NCBI GenBank assembly: GCA_964403295.1 | Contig: CAYOFT010000001.1 | Span: 6,815-70,814, forward strand | Direction of reading: 5' to 3' | Source: an uncultured Thermotogaceae bacterium | Lineage (GTDB): Bacteria > Thermotogota > Thermotogae > MWEM01 | Length of the DNA: 64,000 nucleotides | Shown: positions 61,980-64,000 of the stretch, piece after piece | Numbering within the stretch: position 1 is the first letter of the stretch | Layout: each line of letters begins with the position of its first letter | Notes under the pieces: model-generated | The model's input: the letters and a program-made list of their open reading frames with translations, nothing else | What the model was told of the DNA's origin: nothing | The model's database searches: none | Made by a program: the position numbers and the translations under genes

Positions 61980-64000
61980 ATGAAGATTTCGACAAAATTA
62001 TTAGTGGGTTTTACGGTGATCATTATCATACTCGTTCTGGTACTGTTAGTTTCGACCATATCGAACCGTGAAGTCGTTCAGCAGGCAGATACAGTGCTTA
62101 ATCAAACAGATGCTTCTGAGATAGAGCTTTTGCAATTTAGAAGCTATAACGAAGTGGATAATGGTATTAAGGAAATGATTCAAACTGTTCTAAATTTAGG
62201 ATATGTGGCAACAATAAGTGAGAAAGAGCAAATACAAGAACAATATCAAGCATCGGTTGAAAATCTCAAAGCATTAGTCTCCGGAAATGAAAACCAAGAG
62301 GTTTATCTTAAAGAAATTTCACTAATTGAAGATTATGTTCAAAATGTTTTTGATTATAAGGAAAGTGAGATATTATCTCAACGAGACTTGGTTAATAATC
62401 AAGAAAAACTCAAGCAGTTTATAGAATTAAAAAGTACATTTTCCGAGCAAATAAAAAAGATGCAAATTGTTGATATGGCAAAAGTAGAAGAAACCGTTGA
62501 ATCATTTAAGGCCATAAAAGAAGAACATGCAGATCTTAAAAAGCCTACAGATGAGCAAAAACAAATGTTAGATGAAGAACTCATCAATCGAACCGATGTT
62601 GAAGAATTGACCATGTATGAGATAGAAGAGTTATGGAAACCTGAGTTTTTGGATATCACAATTAAAGAATTTGCTGATTTGGAATTTGTCACGAGAAATA
62701 TAATCATTAATCCTCAGGATTCAGATGAATTATTTCCTCAAGCAGCGGAAATTGCCGAAAAGATTAACAGCAATATTGGTTTTCAGGTGATGTTTGGTTC
62801 TGCTGTATATCATCCTGTTGCAGCACAACTAATCGCAATTACACTCAATGATTATATTAAATCGCTGGAAGAAATGATAGTAATTATCAAACAAAGAGAA
62901 GAAAATGAACGTTCAATTCTGACTATTCAAGAAGAGATCGAAACCAACAATCAACAAGTCGATGAGAACAGGACATTGGCTTTCAACATTATCAACACAA
63001 ATATCAAAGCGACAAGTCGAGAATTATCTTCCATTATTGAAGAAAAAACAGAGACCCAATATGGCAGCTTAAAGCAAAGTTTTGAATCTATAAAGGAAAG
63101 TAATGTAACAAGTAAAGAAACCATAGAAAAGAATAACTTTCAAATCATTTTGTTAATAGCAATTACCATAGCAGTTAGTCTGATCGTTGCAGTAATCATT
63201 ATTCGGAGCATCAAAAAGCCTATCAAGCGTTTGCTCGAAAAATCAACGCTGCTTCAAAATCTGGATATGACAGTGGATTTTGAAGCAAACAGCGGAAAAG
63301 ACGAAATTGGTCAAATCGAACATGCCCTTGCACGAGTGGTAGTGGTTATTCGAGATACCTTGAGTGGTTTCAAAAACGCGATAGAGAATGTCAAGGCATC
63401 GACGGACAAATTGGAGACAGTAGCGGGAGAATCGGAGAACATATCCCAACAGTTGAAGACACAGGCAGACCGGACGGAAAATGATGTACAAGACACATCG
63501 GCTGCGATAGAAGAAGTGAGTTCAGGTGTTGAAGAAGTGGCAGCCTCAGCGAAAAACATCACAGACATATCATCTGATTTGTATGAAAGGACGCAAGAGA
63601 CATCCGAATCGGCAAGAAGTGGGCAAAAAGAATTGACAAAAGTCGCGGATATTGTTAAAGAGGCTGAAGAACAGGCGAAGGCCACATCCAGAGTGGTAGA
63701 AGAGCTACAGGTAAATGCCAAGAACGTGGGAGAGATCGTGAACACCATCTCCGGGATTTCGGAACAGACGAACCTGTTGGCACTAAATGCAGCGATCGAA
63801 GCTGCCCGAGCGGGAGAGGCAGGGAAAGGCTTTGCGGTAGTAGCCGATGAGATTAGAAAGCTGGCGGAAGAGAGCCAAAAATCGACAGAAGACATAGCGA
63901 AGATGCTCAAAGAGATAGGAAATGGTGTTGGGGAAGTGAACGATGCATCGGACAAAACGGTGGAAATCGTGAACAAGATGGAAGAAAACTCCAAACAGGC
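61980..64000 (+). CDS. Methyl-accepting chemotaxis protein 2, 3-prime truncated by window edge
   Basis: AGGAGG RBS plus ATG at 61980. Frame is open to the window end, so it is absent from the ORF track. Confidence 0.85.
   Translation, partial: MKISTKLLVGFTVIIIILVLVLLVSTISNREVVQQADTVLNQTDASEIELLQFRSYNEVDNGIKEMIQTVLNLGYVATISEKEQIQEQYQASVENLKALVSGNENQEVYLKEISLIEDYVQNVFDYKESEILSQRDLVNNQEKLKQFIELKSTFSEQIKKMQIVDMAKVEETVESFKAIKEEHADLKKPTDEQKQMLDEELINRTDVEELTMYEIEELWKPEFLDITIKEFADLEFVTRNIIINPQDSDELFPQAAEIAEKINSNIGFQVMFGSAVYHPVAAQLIAITLNDYIKSLEEMIVIIKQREENERSILTIQEEIETNNQQVDENRTLAFNIINTNIKATSRELSSIIEEKTETQYGSLKQSFESIKESNVTSKETIEKNNFQIILLIAITIAVSLIVAVIIIRSIKKPIKRLLEKSTLLQNLDMTVDFEANSGKDEIGQIEHALARVVVVIRDTLSGFKNAIENVKASTDKLETVAGESENISQQLKTQADRTENDVQDTSAAIEEVSSGVEEVAASAKNITDISSDLYERTQETSESARSGQKELTKVADIVKEAEEQAKATSRVVEELQVNAKNVGEIVNTISGISEQTNLLALNAAIEAARAGEAGKGFAVVADEIRKLAEESQKSTEDIAKMLKEIGNGVGEVNDASDKTVEIVNKMEENSKQ
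63370..64000 (+). repeat. Copy 2 of >=631-bp exact direct repeat (MCP signalling module)
   Basis: Identical to 60873-61503. Runs off the window end. Confidence 0.9.

Noticed and set aside
61980-64000. Apparent frameshift or premature TGA in the second MCP gene
   Set aside because: A first manual reading suggested a stop near 63470. A codon-by-codon recount from the ATG at 61980 shows the frame is continuous to the window end. The ORF is missing from the track only because it has no stop inside the window.

Overview
Low-GC (about one-third GC by eye), gene-dense bacterial chromosomal segment with about 55 genes and many 1-20 nt gene overlaps. Taxon is inferred, not searched: Thermotogota-like. 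Supporting hints are a SPOUT ORF between trmD and rplS as in Thermotoga TM1570, a PPi-type phosphofructokinase, a small beta-barrel-like secreted protein, and cheC-cheD-fliA order. A Firmicute cannot be excluded. Content in order: (1) 5-prime-truncated processive GT2 synthase plus polytopic GT-C-like membrane protein. (2) Overlapping minus-strand string mnmG-AEC transporter-NYN RNase, downstream of an orphan ABC-2 permease and a large lipoprotein. (3) pepD plus M18 aminopeptidase. (4) Flagellar type III export and chemotaxis operon fliQ-fliR-flhB-flhA-flhF-flhG-PilZ-PilZ-cheC-cheD-fliA, followed by three uncharacterised ORFs and mfd. (5) Ribosome-biogenesis operon ffh-rpsP-KH-rimM-trmD-SPOUT-rplS-lepB-rbgA-CheY-like regulator. 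(6) Minus-strand ldh-HAD-hyuA-hyuB. (7) Aldo/keto reductase, secreted proteins, AlkP-family protein, MerR-methyltransferase fusion, GH3 hexosaminidase. (8) A CI/LexA-like XRE-S24 repressor divergent from a perfect-consensus promoter that drives a candidate ~57-nt C-rich small RNA upstream of a cytoplasmic multi-PAS hybrid histidine kinase. (9) PPi-PFK, lpdA, rbfA-truB-ribF, a membrane-anchored hypothetical, kamA. (10) Two tandem methyl-accepting chemotaxis protein genes whose 3-prime signalling modules are 100 percent nucleotide-identical over at least 631 bp and GC-enriched relative to the rest of the window. No CRISPR array, tRNA, rRNA or obvious mobile element was seen. Most interesting items: the chimeric tandem MCP pair, the promoter-sRNA-terminator unit with shared operator-like motifs beside the S24 repressor, the tandem PilZ genes inside the flagellar operon, the NYN RNase coupled to mnmG, and the uncharacterised ORFs after fliA.
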